Assembly (NCBI GenBank): GCA_964409225.1 | Contig: CAYPCM010000001.1 | Span: forward strand, 32,173-96,172 | Reading direction: 5' to 3' | Origin: an uncultured Candidatus Saccharibacteria bacterium | Lineage (GTDB): Bacteria; Patescibacteriota; Minisyncoccia; JACPXH01 | DNA length: 64,000 bases | Shown here: positions 38,123 to 48,052 of the stretch, one piece after another | How positions within the stretch are numbered: position 1 is the stretch's first letter | Layout: every line of letters starts with the position of its first letter | Program-made: the position numbers and the translations under genes | The notes under the pieces: generated by a model | Seen by the model: the letters and a program-made list of their open reading frames with translations, nothing else | Databases searched by the model: none | Told to the model about the DNA's origin: nothing

Positions 38123-39283
38123 ATGAAAGATTTTGCCGTCGGCGTTGATTTGCGGGTGCTTGTGCGCGGCGTGCGCACCGGAATCGAACGGTACACGTGT
38201 GAATTGCTTGAAGAAATCCTCGGTCTAGCCGACAGTCCAAGGTTTGTTGGTTTTTACAACGGCTGGCGGCGTTTGCCGTTTCCGCCCGCGCTGGTTGCCT
38301 CACCGCGCCTTACGGTGCGCGAGCGGGGGATACCGAATCGGCTGCTTTCGTTCGGCATGACTGCTCTTGGCACGCCGCGGTTAGATCGTTTTTTAGGCGA
38401 GGTGGATTGTCTTTGGAATCCGCATTTTTTGGCTGCGGCTGTTTCGCCGCGGGTGCGGCGAGTGGTCACTTTTCACGATCTTTCTTTCGAGCATTACCCC
38501 GAGTTTTTTACGACGACGCAGCGGCTGTGGCATTGGTCGCAAAAGCCACGTTCACAGGCGCGTAAGGCCGATCGCCTCATCGCGGTTTCCCATTCCACGA
38601 AAGCCGACCTGATTAATCTTTACGGCATTGAGCCCGAGCGCATAACCGTGGTGCATTCAGGCGTGTCTCGACGGTTTTGCCCGATTGCGGCAGACGATGC
38701 GGCTTGCGAGCGCTTGAGCCAGCGCACCGGGTTGCGCGAGCCCTACGTGCTTTCACTCGGCACCCTTGAGCCGCGCAAGAACGTAAGGGGTATCATCCGG
38801 GCGTTCGGCGCGCTAGTGGGGAGCGCGCCCCAAACGTTTCGCCACCTGACTCTGGCGATCGCCGGCGCGCCCGGCTGGTTGGCCGGGGATCTTTTTGACG
38901 AGGCGCGCGCAAGTAGGGCGGCAGCGCAGATTAAATTTATCGGTTTTGTGCCGGATGAGTTTCTGCCGGTGCTATACGGTCGTGCTGCGGCTTTTGCCTA
39001 TCCTAGCTTTTTTGAGGGTTTCGGATTTCAGCCGCTCGAAGCCATGGCTTGCGGTGTGCCGGTGGTTGCGTCCAATAATTCGTCGCTCCCTGAAGTGGTT
39101 GGAGATGCAGCGATGATGGTGGATCCTTGGCGACCTGACGAAATTGCGTGGGCCTTGGCAGAGGTGCTTACTCAAAAGGGCCTTGCGGCCGACTTGCGAG
39201 CCCGGGGCCTTGAGCGGGCCCGGCTTTTTTCGTGGCAAAAGTCGGCTCGCCAGACACTCTCGGTTTTGCAGGATCAGGCGTAA
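38123..39283 (+). CDS. Glycosyltransferase family 4
   Basis: …[22 protein letters not shown]… EX7E motif. Confidence 0.75.
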   Translation: MKDFAVGVDLRVLVRGVRTGIERYTCELLEEILGLADSPRFVGFYNGWRRLPFPPALVASPRLTVRERGIPNRLLSFGMTALGTPRLDRFLGEVDCLWNPHFLAAAVSPRVRRVVTFHDLSFEHYPEFFTTTQRLWHWSQKPRSQARKADRLIAVSHSTKADLINLYGIEPERITVVHSGVSRRFCPIAADDAACERLSQRTGLREPYVLSLGTLEPRKNVRGIIRAFGALVGSAPQTFRHLTLAIAGAPGWLAGDLFDEARASRAAAQIKFIGFVPDEFLPVLYGRAAAFAYPSFFEGFGFQPLEAMACGVPVVASNNSSLPEVVGDAAMMVDPWRPDEIAWALAEVLTQKGLAADLRARGLERARLFSWQKSARQTLSVLQDQA

Positions 39284-39748
39284 GCGCAGAAATAGCTCAC
39301 GCGCGGACCAGACGTGCTATAATCAGTAGCAATGAGGAATATATTTCCTCAACTCTTCGATGTCCGTCCCAGAGGGCGAGATGGGGAGGTGGACTTCGAA
39401 AAAATCAAACGAGTTGAGGCGGTGTTGGATTTGACGAGTAAGGAAAACGATCTGGCAGAGCCGGTGCGTTTAAATCAGGCGCGGGCGTTGCCGGCGGACG
39501 CCGCGTCCGCCGAACTCACCGCCGAAAAGCTCCTGGCAGAGCTTACGGCGATTTACGAGCGCGACGACACCTTAGAGGCCGAGCTGGCGCGTGAGCGGTC
39601 TTACCCCGTTAGAACACCACCAACTTCTGTTGGTGGTGACTATACAATTGTTGATGAGACAGCGCCACCATGCTCTGAAAGCCACGCGCCACCGATTAAA
39701 GTCGCGTTAGTACCAGAGTCGGCAGAACCTCTTGCAGTCAATAACTTT

Positions 39749-39898
39749 CAGACCGTCCGAAAACGCCAAAATTTAGTCTTCGAGCCTGTCGATGGTTCGA
39801 CAAGCTCACCACAGGGAAGATACATTGGGGGTTTCCCTGCCCCGAGCCACGTCGAGGGGTCGACAAGCTCGAACAATAACGAGTTTTCGGACGGTCTG
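39749..39898. repeat. Nested-palindrome MITE-like element, family A, copy 3 (150 bp, +30 bp internal)
   Basis: CAGACCGTCCGAAAACGCC…GAGTTTTCGGACGGTCTG; same TIRs/internal repeats as 9349 and 20199 copies. Confidence 0.75.
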
Positions 39899-40021
39899 TT
39901 TATCACGCGGGAAACCGAGGTGCCGAGCATTCCAGAACCGACGTGGCTGCCTGCGCCGGTTACTTTGCCGGCTGTGCCAATGCCCAGAGCCACGGCGCGG
40001 CTCAGCAGTGAGGCGCAGCCG

Positions 40022-41947
40022 ATGGCGTGGCCCGCGCGTTCTGAGCGCCGGCGGGAACTTAAATATTTTGTTGCGGCGGTGTTGGGCTTGGCTGCTGTGC
40101 TTATTGGTTTGGGGTTTGCTGGCCGGGTTATGGCGGTTAAAGCCGTGGTTGAGGCGCGGGTTTTGGTTGGCTTTAAGCGTCTGGCGGCAGCGGAGGAGAG
40201 TGTTGAGAATCGCGACCTCGCCGCCGCGCGAGACGACTTCCAAAAAGCGAGTGCTGAATTTCAGGGGGCGCGCGCGGCGCTTGGCTGGTCCGGGCGCACC
40301 GCGCTATTCGCCGCCCGGATTTGGCCATTGCCTTCAGCTGCGAAGAACGCCTCCCGGGTGCTTGAGGTGGGGGGGTCTTTAGCCGCAGCCGGCGTTGATC
40401 TTGCGACAGTGGCTGAGCGTTTTGTCGCCGGTGGCGCGCTTAAGTCGCTTTTGGGCGAAAACCAAGAAGACATTTTGGTTGAGTCCCGTGAAGCGCTCGA
40501 GCGGGCCACGCGAGCGCTCGACACAGCGCTTGCCTCCAGCGAGCGTATTTCGCCGGAACATCTGCCGGCTGAGGCGCGCGAGCGTTTCGCGGACTTGCGC
40601 CGGGTTATGCCGGTTGTCACTGCCGGCGTGCGCGCTGCCAAACAGGAGTTTGATCTGTGGGCGCCGATGCTTGGGTCAGACATGCCTCGCCGGTACTTGC
40701 TGGTTTTTCAGAATTCGAGCGAATTGCGCCCCACTGGCGGCTTTATCGGCTCATACGCTACCGTGGCGATTGATCAGGGGCGACTTAAAGAGTTTTTAGT
40801 CAACGGCATCTTCGATCCGGACGGCCAACTGGCGGTGAAAGTGGTGCCGCCCCGGCCGCTGCAGCTAATTTCGACCGCTTGGGCCACGCGCGACGCCAAC
40901 TGGTTTTTTGATTATCCGACATCCGCCAAAAAAATCGCCTGGTTTTTTGGCAAAACAGGAGAGCCCTCGGTCGATGGCGTAATTGCTTTTACTCCCGAAG
41001 CGCTCGTGCGTCTTTTGTCTTTGACCGGCCCAATTGCCATGCCGGCGTACGACGAAGTGGTCAGCGCGGAAAATTTTATTGAAGTGGCCCAGCGCGAGGT
41101 GGAGCTCGAGTACGATCCGGTGGTCAACCGCCCGAAGCAGTTTCTGGCGGATTTGGTGATTGAGTTGCTCGAACGGCTCAGGGCGCTGGACCCGCATGAG
41201 CTTGGTAAGATTATTTCTGTCACGGCCGACAGCTTGGCTCAAAAGGACATTCTCATATACCTTGCTGATCCCGAGCGCCAAGCCGAGGTGGCGCGTCGAG
41301 GTTTTGCCGGTGCGGTCACGGACACCAGCGGCGACTATTTGGCGGTTGTGCACACCAATATCAACGGCTACAAATCGGACTACGTCACTGACGACGAACT
41401 TGCGCATGAAACCGCAATTTGGCCGGACGGATCAACAATAAACACCGTGACGGTGAAACGCACCCATCGCGGCGGAAAGACGCCGCACTCTTTTTGGAAT
41501 CAGGTAAATGCCGAATGGCTGCGGGTGTATGCGCCTTTGGGCAGCGAACTCATTTCGGTCTCCGGCGTTACGCGTTTGGAGTCGCGTGAATCCATTGACT
41601 ACAGCCGCGCCGGTTTCCAGAATGACGCGGATGTTGTGGCCGAGGAGGCCAAGCAGCGCAAGGATCCGTTTTCCGGCAGCACTATTGGCGAAGAAGCGGG
41701 CAAGACCGTTTTTGGCAACTGGGTTTTCGTGAAGCCCGGAGAGACGGTTACGGTTTCGTACCGCTACCGTTTGCCGTTTACGCTTCAAAACGGCAGCGTC
41801 CACACTTTGGTTTGGCAAAAGCAACCGGGCACGAAGGCCCGCTTCAGCCACCGCCTGCAGGCGTCTGGTTGGCGCGTGGAAGGTGAGGCAGATGCAGGCG
41901 GAGTTCTGGATCGGGATTTTTTTACCGAAGTTAAGTTGTTTAGGTAG
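40022..41947 (+). CDS. DUF4012-like membrane-anchored protein (start set downstream of repeats; ORF could extend to 39332)
   Basis: N-terminal TM (FVAAVLGLAAVLIGLGF) then large conserved domain (…LVFQNSSELRPTGGFIGSYA…) as in DUF4012 proteins. Confidence 0.5.
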   Translation: MAWPARSERRRELKYFVAAVLGLAAVLIGLGFAGRVMAVKAVVEARVLVGFKRLAAAEESVENRDLAAARDDFQKASAEFQGARAALGWSGRTALFAARIWPLPSAAKNASRVLEVGGSLAAAGVDLATVAERFVAGGALKSLLGENQEDILVESREALERATRALDTALASSERISPEHLPAEARERFADLRRVMPVVTAGVRAAKQEFDLWAPMLGSDMPRRYLLVFQNSSELRPTGGFIGSYATVAIDQGRLKEFLVNGIFDPDGQLAVKVVPPRPLQLISTAWATRDANWFFDYPTSAKKIAWFFGKTGEPSVDGVIAFTPEALVRLLSLTGPIAMPAYDEVVSAENFIEVAQREVELEYDPVVNRPKQFLADLVIELLERLRALDPHELGKIISVTADSLAQKDILIYLADPERQAEVARRGFAGAVTDTSGDYLAVVHTNINGYKSDYVTDDELAHETAIWPDGSTINTVTVKRTHRGGKTPHSFWNQVNAEWLRVYAPLGSELISVSGVTRLESRESIDYSRAGFQNDADVVAEEAKQRKDPFSGSTIGEEAGKTVFGNWVFVKPGETVTVSYRYRLPFTLQNGSVHTLVWQKQPGTKARFSHRLQASGWRVEGEADAGGVLDRDFFTEVKLFR

Positions 41948-42158
41948 GAGTGTGTAAAATTATCAATGGCCAATGTTCAATCAATTTTCAATTATTCAAG
42001 TATCAAACACGTAATTGAAAATTGGACAATTGGATCATTGATTGAAAATTGAGAATTGTAAATTTAGGTTGCCTTTCCCATTTTGATGGTTCGACTCGGT
42101 TCACCATATATATCCTAAGCGAAGTCGAAGGATGATTTTTACATTTTTCATTAGTTCT

Positions 42159-43868
42159 ATGCCGGTTTGGCGTAAATTCGTAAACGGTGAATATTTGAAG
42201 CGTCTCGTGACCAGCGAGGCCGAGACCATCATGGGCGCAGCGGCGCTCATTGCGCTGTTTGGGCTGGCGAGCCGGCTCTTGGGGCTTGTGCGCGATCGCA
42301 TTCTCGCCGGTTCCTTCGGCGCAGCCGGGCTTGACGTGTATTACGCCGCTTTTGAAGTGCCGGACTTGCTGTATTCTTTTCTCGTGGTCGGCGCCATTTC
42401 GACGGCTTTTATTCCGGTCTTTGCCGATTATTACCGGCGCGATCAAGCCGAGGCGTGGCGCGTGGCCGGCGGACTGTTTGCTCTGTTTTCCGTAGTGTTT
42501 GTGGGGCTCGCAGTCGGGGCCATTATTTTTGCGCCCCAACTCGTGCGGTTTGTTGTGCCCGGTTTTGATCCGGTTCGTCAGGCAGCTGCGACGGAACTGG
42601 CCCGGATTATGTTTCTCTCGCCGGTATTGTTCGGACTCGCTAATGTGCTAGCCAGCGTGCTGCAGTATTTCAGGCGGTTTTTTGTGGTGAGTGCTGCACC
42701 CATTCTCTATAATCTCGGCATCATCGTGGGCGCCCTTGTGTTTGTACCGCGTATGGGTACGGTAGGTCTGGCTTGGGGAGTGGTGCTCGGGGCGCTCATG
42801 TATTTCGTGCTGCATCTCACGGGTTATTTGGGTCTTGGCGGGCGGCTCATGGCATTCCAAGCATTGTGGCATGCGGGCGTGCGCCGCATCATCCTGCAAA
42901 CTATTCCTCGCGCCCTTGGCGTATCCATAAATCAATTGGCCGGACTGGTTGTAATTATGATTGCTTCAGGACTTGCCGCCGGCTCAATTGGCGCTTACAA
43001 CCTCGCTTTGAACTTGCAGGCGGTGCCGGTGGGGCTTTTTGGAGTGGCCATTGCGAGCGCGGCCTTTCCGAAATTGAGTCGCGCTTCGGCTGACCATGAC
43101 GAGCATACGTTCCGTCAGGTCTTGTCTGCCTCAATGCGTCAGACGCTGTTTTTAGTTTTGCCTGCCGCAGTGCTTTTGATTGTGTTGCGCGCGCACATCG
43201 TGCGCGTGGTGTATGGACTCGGCGCTTTCGGCTGGGGTGATACGCGACTTACCGCAGCTGCCCTCGGCATTTTCGCCCTGTCCATCGTCGCGCAGGCCTT
43301 AGTGCCAATCTTGGCGCGCGCATTTTATAGCCAGCACCGGACAGCTGTTCCGGTTGGCGCAAGCATCGGGGCGGTCGCGGCCATTATGGCAGCAGCGGCA
43401 ATGTTCGTGCCGGCCTTTCAAACTGATCGCGTCCTGCATGGGTCGCTCGGGCCTTTACTTAAAGTGGCTGATCTGGCAGACATTCGTATCCTGGGGCTTG
43501 TGCTCGCGTTTTCAGTCGCGGCGTTTTTGAACGCCGGCACCTTGGTTTTGTTTTTGGGCCGGCGCGCACGGGCCGGTTTTGAGAACATCGGGCGTTTAAG
43601 CGTCGCGGCAGCCGTCCTTGCGGCTGCGGCCTATGGCGCGTTATATCTTTTAGCGGGGTTTATTGATACGCGCACGACCTTCGGTGTGTTTTTGCAGGGC
43701 TTTGGCGCTGGGATTATTGGCCTTGTGATGTACGTGGCCTGCGCGCGTTTCCTCGGAGTGGCCGAGGGTGCGGTTATGACCGCGGCCATAGGTGCGGTCG
43801 CAAAGAGGTTTGCGTTTTGGCGCAAGCGCATTCCGCCGGCCATTCGAGAGGACGATAAGCTCGCCTAA
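42159..43868 (+). CDS. murJ: Lipid II flippase MurJ/MviN
   Basis: N-terminus LKRLVTS…LASRLLGLVRDRILAGSFGAAGLDVYYAAFEVPDLL matches MurJ; 14 TM. Confidence 0.75.
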   Translation: MPVWRKFVNGEYLKRLVTSEAETIMGAAALIALFGLASRLLGLVRDRILAGSFGAAGLDVYYAAFEVPDLLYSFLVVGAISTAFIPVFADYYRRDQAEAWRVAGGLFALFSVVFVGLAVGAIIFAPQLVRFVVPGFDPVRQAAATELARIMFLSPVLFGLANVLASVLQYFRRFFVVSAAPILYNLGIIVGALVFVPRMGTVGLAWGVVLGALMYFVLHLTGYLGLGGRLMAFQALWHAGVRRIILQTIPRALGVSINQLAGLVVIMIASGLAAGSIGAYNLALNLQAVPVGLFGVAIASAAFPKLSRASADHDEHTFRQVLSASMRQTLFLVLPAAVLLIVLRAHIVRVVYGLGAFGWGDTRLTAAALGIFALSIVAQALVPILARAFYSQHRTAVPVGASIGAVAAIMAAAAMFVPAFQTDRVLHGSLGPLLKVADLADIRILGLVLAFSVAAFLNAGTLVLFLGRRARAGFENIGRLSVAAAVLAAAAYGALYLLAGFIDTRTTFGVFLQGFGAGIIGLVMYVACARFLGVAEGAVMTAAIGAVAKRFAFWRKRIPPAIREDDKLA

Positions 43869-43886
43869 TTGGCTGCCACTTGGCAT

Positions 43887-45761
43887 ATGCAAAAGCAGGT
43901 CCGCAATTTTGTCATCATAAGCCACGTGGACCACGGCAAGTCCACGCTGGCTGACCGTTTGCTTGAACTCACTCAAACCGTGGACTCGCGTCGAATGCGC
44001 AGTCAGTTTTTAGACGCCATGCCCCTTGAGCGGGAGAGGGGGATTACGATTAAATTGCAGCCCGTGCGAATGATCTATCATTCGCAAAATCAAAAATCAA
44101 ATATCAAAAATTTTACCCCGAGCGCAGTCGAGGGGCAAAAAGACGGTACAAACATTTTGAATTTGATTGACACTCCCGGCCACACGGATTTTTCTTACGA
44201 AGTATCGCGGGCGCTGGCGGCGGTGGAGGGGGCGGTATTGCTTGTCGACGCCACTCAAGGCATTCAGGCGCAAACGATCGCCAACCTGCACTTGGCCGAG
44301 CGTCAGGGGCTTATGGTGGTGCCGGTGATAAATAAAATTGACTTGCCCGGCGCGATGGTTGCCGAAACCGAGGCCGAACTACTCGCACTCGGAGCCGGCT
44401 TTGAGGCCAACGACATTTTGCGTCTTTCGGCCAAAACCGGTCAGGGCGTGCCCGCGCTTTTAGCAGCGATTGTAAGTCGCGTGCCAGCGCCTCGGGGCGA
44501 GGCCCATGCGCCTTTGCGCGCGCTCGTATTCGATTCGCATTACGATGCCTATAAAGGCATCGTGGCTTACGTACGAGTGGTAGATGGAGCGGTGCGTGCA
44601 GGCGAAAAACTCATGTTTTTGGGCACCGGTTATGTTGTTGACGCACTGGAAGCGGGCGTATTTGCGCCGGAGCTGAAACCTACGGGCGTGCTTGAGGCCG
44701 GCGAAATAGGCTATGTGGCGACCGGTCTTAAAGAACCGCGGCTTGTGCGCGTCGGAGACACAATTACAAACTCAAAGCTCAAAGCCCAAAACTCAAAAGT
44801 AATCGAACCGCTGCCGGGCTATGCGGAGCCGCAGCCAATGGTGTACGCCAGTTTTTTTGCGAGCCGCGGAAACGAAGCAGATACGCTCGCGGCTTTGCGC
44901 GACGCCCTGGAGAAGCTGCAACTCAACGACGCCGCGCTGGTTTTTACGCCCGAAACCTCCACTGCCCTGGGCCGTGGTTTTCGCTGCGGGTTTCTGGGCA
45001 TTTTGCATCTTGAAATAGTCCGCGAACGGCTTTGGCGCGAGTACGCGCTGGATATTGTGGTGACTTCGCCTTCGGTCGCGTATGAAGTTAAGAACACCCA
45101 TACGGGTGAGGCGCGCATTGTGGCCGCGGCCGCGGATTTTCCGGATCAAACGGGTCATTTGGAGGTGCGTGAGCCGTGGGTGCGGCTCGAACTATTTTTG
45201 CCAGCAGGCGTTTTGGGGGAACTCACGAAGTTACTCCGCAGCCATCGCGCCTTTGTCGTGTCCACCGAAGGGTTTGGCTCCGCACGCTTGCGTGTGGTGG
45301 CTGAAGCGCCGCTCGCTGAAGTGATTGTTGATTTTCACGATCAGCTTAAAAGCGTTTCTTCCGGTTACGCCTCTTTAAGTTACGAATTGATTGATTGGCG
45401 GCCGGCTGATATTGTAAAGCTCGCCATTCTCGTGGCGGGTGCGCCGGTGGAGGCGCTCGCGCTTTTGGTGCCGCGCGAGCGGGCGCAAACAGTGGGTCGC
45501 AGCCGCGTGGAAAAACTCAAAGAAGTGCTGCCGCGCGAGAACTTTGCGGTAGCGCTGCAGGCGGTGATTGGCGGCAAAATAATTGCCCGCGAGACCATTC
45601 CGGCCAGGCGCAAGGACGTAACCGGCTATCTGTACGGCGGCGATTACAGCCGCAAAAAGAAACTGCTCGAAAAACAAAAACGCGGCAAGGCGCGGCTTAA
45701 GGCCTTCGGGCAAGTGACCATTCCGCCCGGGGCTTTTCTGGAGATGCTAAAATCCCGCTAG
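43887..45761 (+). CDS. lepA: Elongation factor 4 (LepA)
   Basis: NFVIISHVDHGKSTLADRLL, DTPGHTDF, NKIDL, C-terminal LepA domain. Confidence 0.9.
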   Translation: MQKQVRNFVIISHVDHGKSTLADRLLELTQTVDSRRMRSQFLDAMPLERERGITIKLQPVRMIYHSQNQKSNIKNFTPSAVEGQKDGTNILNLIDTPGHTDFSYEVSRALAAVEGAVLLVDATQGIQAQTIANLHLAERQGLMVVPVINKIDLPGAMVAETEAELLALGAGFEANDILRLSAKTGQGVPALLAAIVSRVPAPRGEAHAPLRALVFDSHYDAYKGIVAYVRVVDGAVRAGEKLMFLGTGYVVDALEAGVFAPELKPTGVLEAGEIGYVATGLKEPRLVRVGDTITNSKLKAQNSKVIEPLPGYAEPQPMVYASFFASRGNEADTLAALRDALEKLQLNDAALVFTPETSTALGRGFRCGFLGILHLEIVRERLWREYALDIVVTSPSVAYEVKNTHTGEARIVAAAADFPDQTGHLEVREPWVRLELFLPAGVLGELTKLLRSHRAFVVSTEGFGSARLRVVAEAPLAEVIVDFHDQLKSVSSGYASLSYELIDWRPADIVKLAILVAGAPVEALALLVPRERAQTVGRSRVEKLKEVLPRENFAVALQAVIGGKIIARETIPARRKDVTGYLYGGDYSRKKKLLEKQKRGKARLKAFGQVTIPPGAFLEMLKSR

Positions 45762-45937
45762 AGACCGATGAGCGGTATGAGCAGGTAGGCGATCATGGAG
45801 ACGGCCGTGAGCACCACTATGACCGCCCAGACGATTCGGACAGTTCGTTTGCGCGCAAACATTTCACTTTAACTTTAAACTTCGGTTATCGCGTATCGCG
45901 CGTTCGCTCAGGCCTTCAGTATAACACGTTTGCTTGT

Positions 45938-46372
45938 ATGGTTGGCGAGTCAGTACCAAAACATGGTTCTTGGCGGCGACTCGGCGCGTATGCGGCCGCG
46001 TTCGTTCTTTTGGTTGCGCTTGGTTGGCTTGGGGTGGCGGTATGGCGGGAGGCGCGCCGGAGTATGGTGGTTGAAGAGCGTGTGCGTGAGGTGCGCCGCG
46101 AAGTTGAGAAACTCACGGCGAATCGCGACGAGCTCGCGCGCATGCTTACTGCGTTGCAAGACCCGTCTGCGCTTGAGCGCGAAGCCAAGACCCAGCTCAA
46201 CCTGCGCCGGCCAGACGAACGCGTGGTCATTGTGGTGCCGGACGACGGCACGATCTCTGTGGTAGTGCCTACCACCTCTGAAATTACCGCAGCACCTGTC
46301 GCGCCAGAGGGCGCGACAGGCAATCTTCTTTCGTGGTGGGAATACTTTTTCGGCGCGCGCCGGCCTCGTTAG
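45938..46372 (+). CDS. ftsB: Septum formation initiator FtsB/DivIC-like
   Basis: N-terminal TM then coiled coil (…EVEKLTANRDELARMLTALQDPSALEREAK…). Confidence 0.55.
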   Translation: MVGESVPKHGSWRRLGAYAAAFVLLVALGWLGVAVWREARRSMVVEERVREVRREVEKLTANRDELARMLTALQDPSALEREAKTQLNLRRPDERVVIVVPDDGTISVVVPTTSEITAAPVAPEGATGNLLSWWEYFFGARRPR

Positions 46373-46442
46373 AAAACTCGTTGGTGCCCGTTTGTCTGTG
46401 TGTTTTCTAATGGTGTACGCTTAGACAATAGGAGCGAGTGTT

Positions 46443-46485
46443 GCGGGTGTAGTACAGTGGCAGTACCCCGTACCACAACAAGGAT
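46443..46485 (+). other. tRNA-Gly 5'-half-like fragment plus left arm of 20-bp inverted repeat enclosing tRNA-Gly
   Basis: GCGGGTGTAGTACAGTGGCAGTAC (19/24 match to tRNA-Gly 5' half) then CCCCGTACCACAACAAGGAT, reverse-complementary to 46592..46612. Confidence 0.4.
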
Positions 46486-46499
46486 AATAAATTGACTAT

Positions 46500-46571
46500 G
46501 CGGGCGTAGTTCAGTGGTAGAACGTCTGCTTCCCAAGCAGAAGATCGCCGGTTCGAGTCCGGTCGCCCGCT
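46500..46571 (+). tRNA. tRNA-Gly (anticodon CCC)
   Basis: Cloverleaf folded by hand: acceptor GCGGGCG/CGCCCGC, D-arm GTTC…GAAC, anticodon stem TCTGC/GCAGA loop TTCCCAA, T-arm GCCGG-TTCGAGT-CCGGT; no encoded CCA. Confidence 0.8.
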
Positions 46572-46655
46572 CACTAACGCCACCGCCACCAATCCTTGTT
46601 GTGGTCACGGGGCAAGCCAGATGCGGGAGTTCGATATCAGAAATTTTAACTATTT

Positions 46656-47396
46656 ATGGAACAAGAAAACGCACCCCAAGCAATGCAAACAAAAAATAAT
46701 CTCGCAATGTCAGCCGCAGTTGTTATCGCCGGCGCACTGATTGCGGGAGCCGTGTATTGGAGCGCGCGTGGAGACAGCCTTGCTGTCGCACCACAGCCAC
46801 GGGCCGGAGCAGGAAATGCCGCCGCGCTCGATATTATGAATCCGACCGAAAACGCCGACCACATTCGCGGCAATCCGAATGCTCCGGTAAAAATAGTTGA
46901 ATATTCGGATATGGAATGTCCGTTCTGCAAACGGTTTCACTCCACGATGCAACGAGTGATGGACGAGTACGGCAAAAACGGCAAAGTAGCGTGGGTGTAC
47001 CGTCACTTTCCGCTTGACTCTATCCACTCGAAAGCCAGAACGGAAGCGGTTGCAAGCGAGTGTGCGAACGAACTTGGCGGAAACGACGCATTTTGGAAAT
47101 ATGTTGACCGCTTCTTCGAACTCACTCCGTCAAACAATCAAACGGACATTGACGTTGTGTTGCCCCAAATCGCGCGCGAAATCGGACTTGACGAAGCAGC
47201 ATTTATCTTATGTCTCACGAGTAAGAAGTACGACGGACACATTCAGGACGATCTCGACAACGCAACCGCAACCGGAGGCAACGGCACGCCGTGGAGCATC
47301 GTTGTGGCTGCGAGCGGTAAAAAATACCCGCTCTCGGGCGCGCAACCATACGCGACGGTCGGGCAGCTTATTGAGCTTGCGCTTCAAGAAAAATAA
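46656..47396 (+). CDS. DsbA-like thioredoxin-fold thiol:disulfide oxidoreductase
   Basis: Signal/TM, CPFC active site, DsbA-like helical insertion. Confidence 0.7.
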   Translation: MEQENAPQAMQTKNNLAMSAAVVIAGALIAGAVYWSARGDSLAVAPQPRAGAGNAAALDIMNPTENADHIRGNPNAPVKIVEYSDMECPFCKRFHSTMQRVMDEYGKNGKVAWVYRHFPLDSIHSKARTEAVASECANELGGNDAFWKYVDRFFELTPSNNQTDIDVVLPQIAREIGLDEAAFILCLTSKKYDGHIQDDLDNATATGGNGTPWSIVVAASGKKYPLSGAQPYATVGQLIELALQEK

Positions 47397-47488
47397 TTAT
47401 GACCCTTCAACCCTTCAACAAGTTCAGGGTCGCCCCGAGCACGGTCGAGGATCGACAATTTCAGGGTCATAGTGAGTAAAATCGAACC

Positions 47489-48052
47489 ATGAAAGAAAAT
47501 CTAAAAAATCTGCAAGTGGCGTTTGGCGAAGTGTTTGGCAACACTTCGTACATAGTGTTCGCGAGTACGCTTGCGATTGCCGCCTTCCTCTTTGCCGTCT
47601 GGCTTCCTAATTTTGGCCTCATTGGTGAAGTGTTTAGCATTTCAAGCGCGCCGCTCGCGACGAAGCTCAAGGTTGTGATTACATTACTCGGCGGTATTGG
47701 CACGAATTTCAGTTTTCTTTCCGCCGGATATACCATCGCAATTGCCGCGCTCTTTGGAATTAACTTGGCAATGATTGTCTATTTTCTGAAACGCACACGC
47801 GCTGGTCTCGGCAGACAAAATCTGGCGGCGGGCGTAGGAGGCATCGCAAGCGGCGCGCTTGGCATCGGTTGCGCCGCTTGCGGGTCGTTTATTTTGAGCA
47901 CGATACTTGCTTCGTTGGGGGCCGCTGGTGCACTCGCAATCCTGCCCCTTCGCGGCGGAGAATTTGGGATATTGAGTATTGTACTCCTTGTTCTTTCTCT
48001 CATGCTTATCAGTAAGAAAATAGCGGCGCCGCTTATTTGCAAACCTTCTTAG
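47489..48052 (+). CDS. Integral membrane protein with CAAC motif (hypothetical; possible DsbA redox partner)
   Basis: Five TM segments; GIGCAACGSF; immediately downstream of dsbA-like gene. Confidence 0.35.
   Translation: MKENLKNLQVAFGEVFGNTSYIVFASTLAIAAFLFAVWLPNFGLIGEVFSISSAPLATKLKVVITLLGGIGTNFSFLSAGYTIAIAALFGINLAMIVYFLKRTRAGLGRQNLAAGVGGIASGALGIGCAACGSFILSTILASLGAAGALAILPLRGGEFGILSIVLLVLSLMLISKKIAAPLICKPS

Noticed and set aside
39332-40021. N-terminal 230 codons of the 871-aa ORF called from 39332
   Set aside because: The translation runs through two repeat elements. The protein's TM anchor and conserved domain start at 40022, so the start was reset there.
44078-44113. Intein or mobile insertion in lepA
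   Set aside because: The segment is only ~12 codons, with no intein splicing motifs. It fits a short low-complexity loop.
46443-46612. Split or permuted tRNA formed by the upstream 5'-half fragment and downstream sequence
   Set aside because: I could not find a matching 3' acceptor strand (CACCCGC), an anticodon arm or a T-arm for the fragment. It is kept only as a duplicated 5' half plus flanking inverted repeat.
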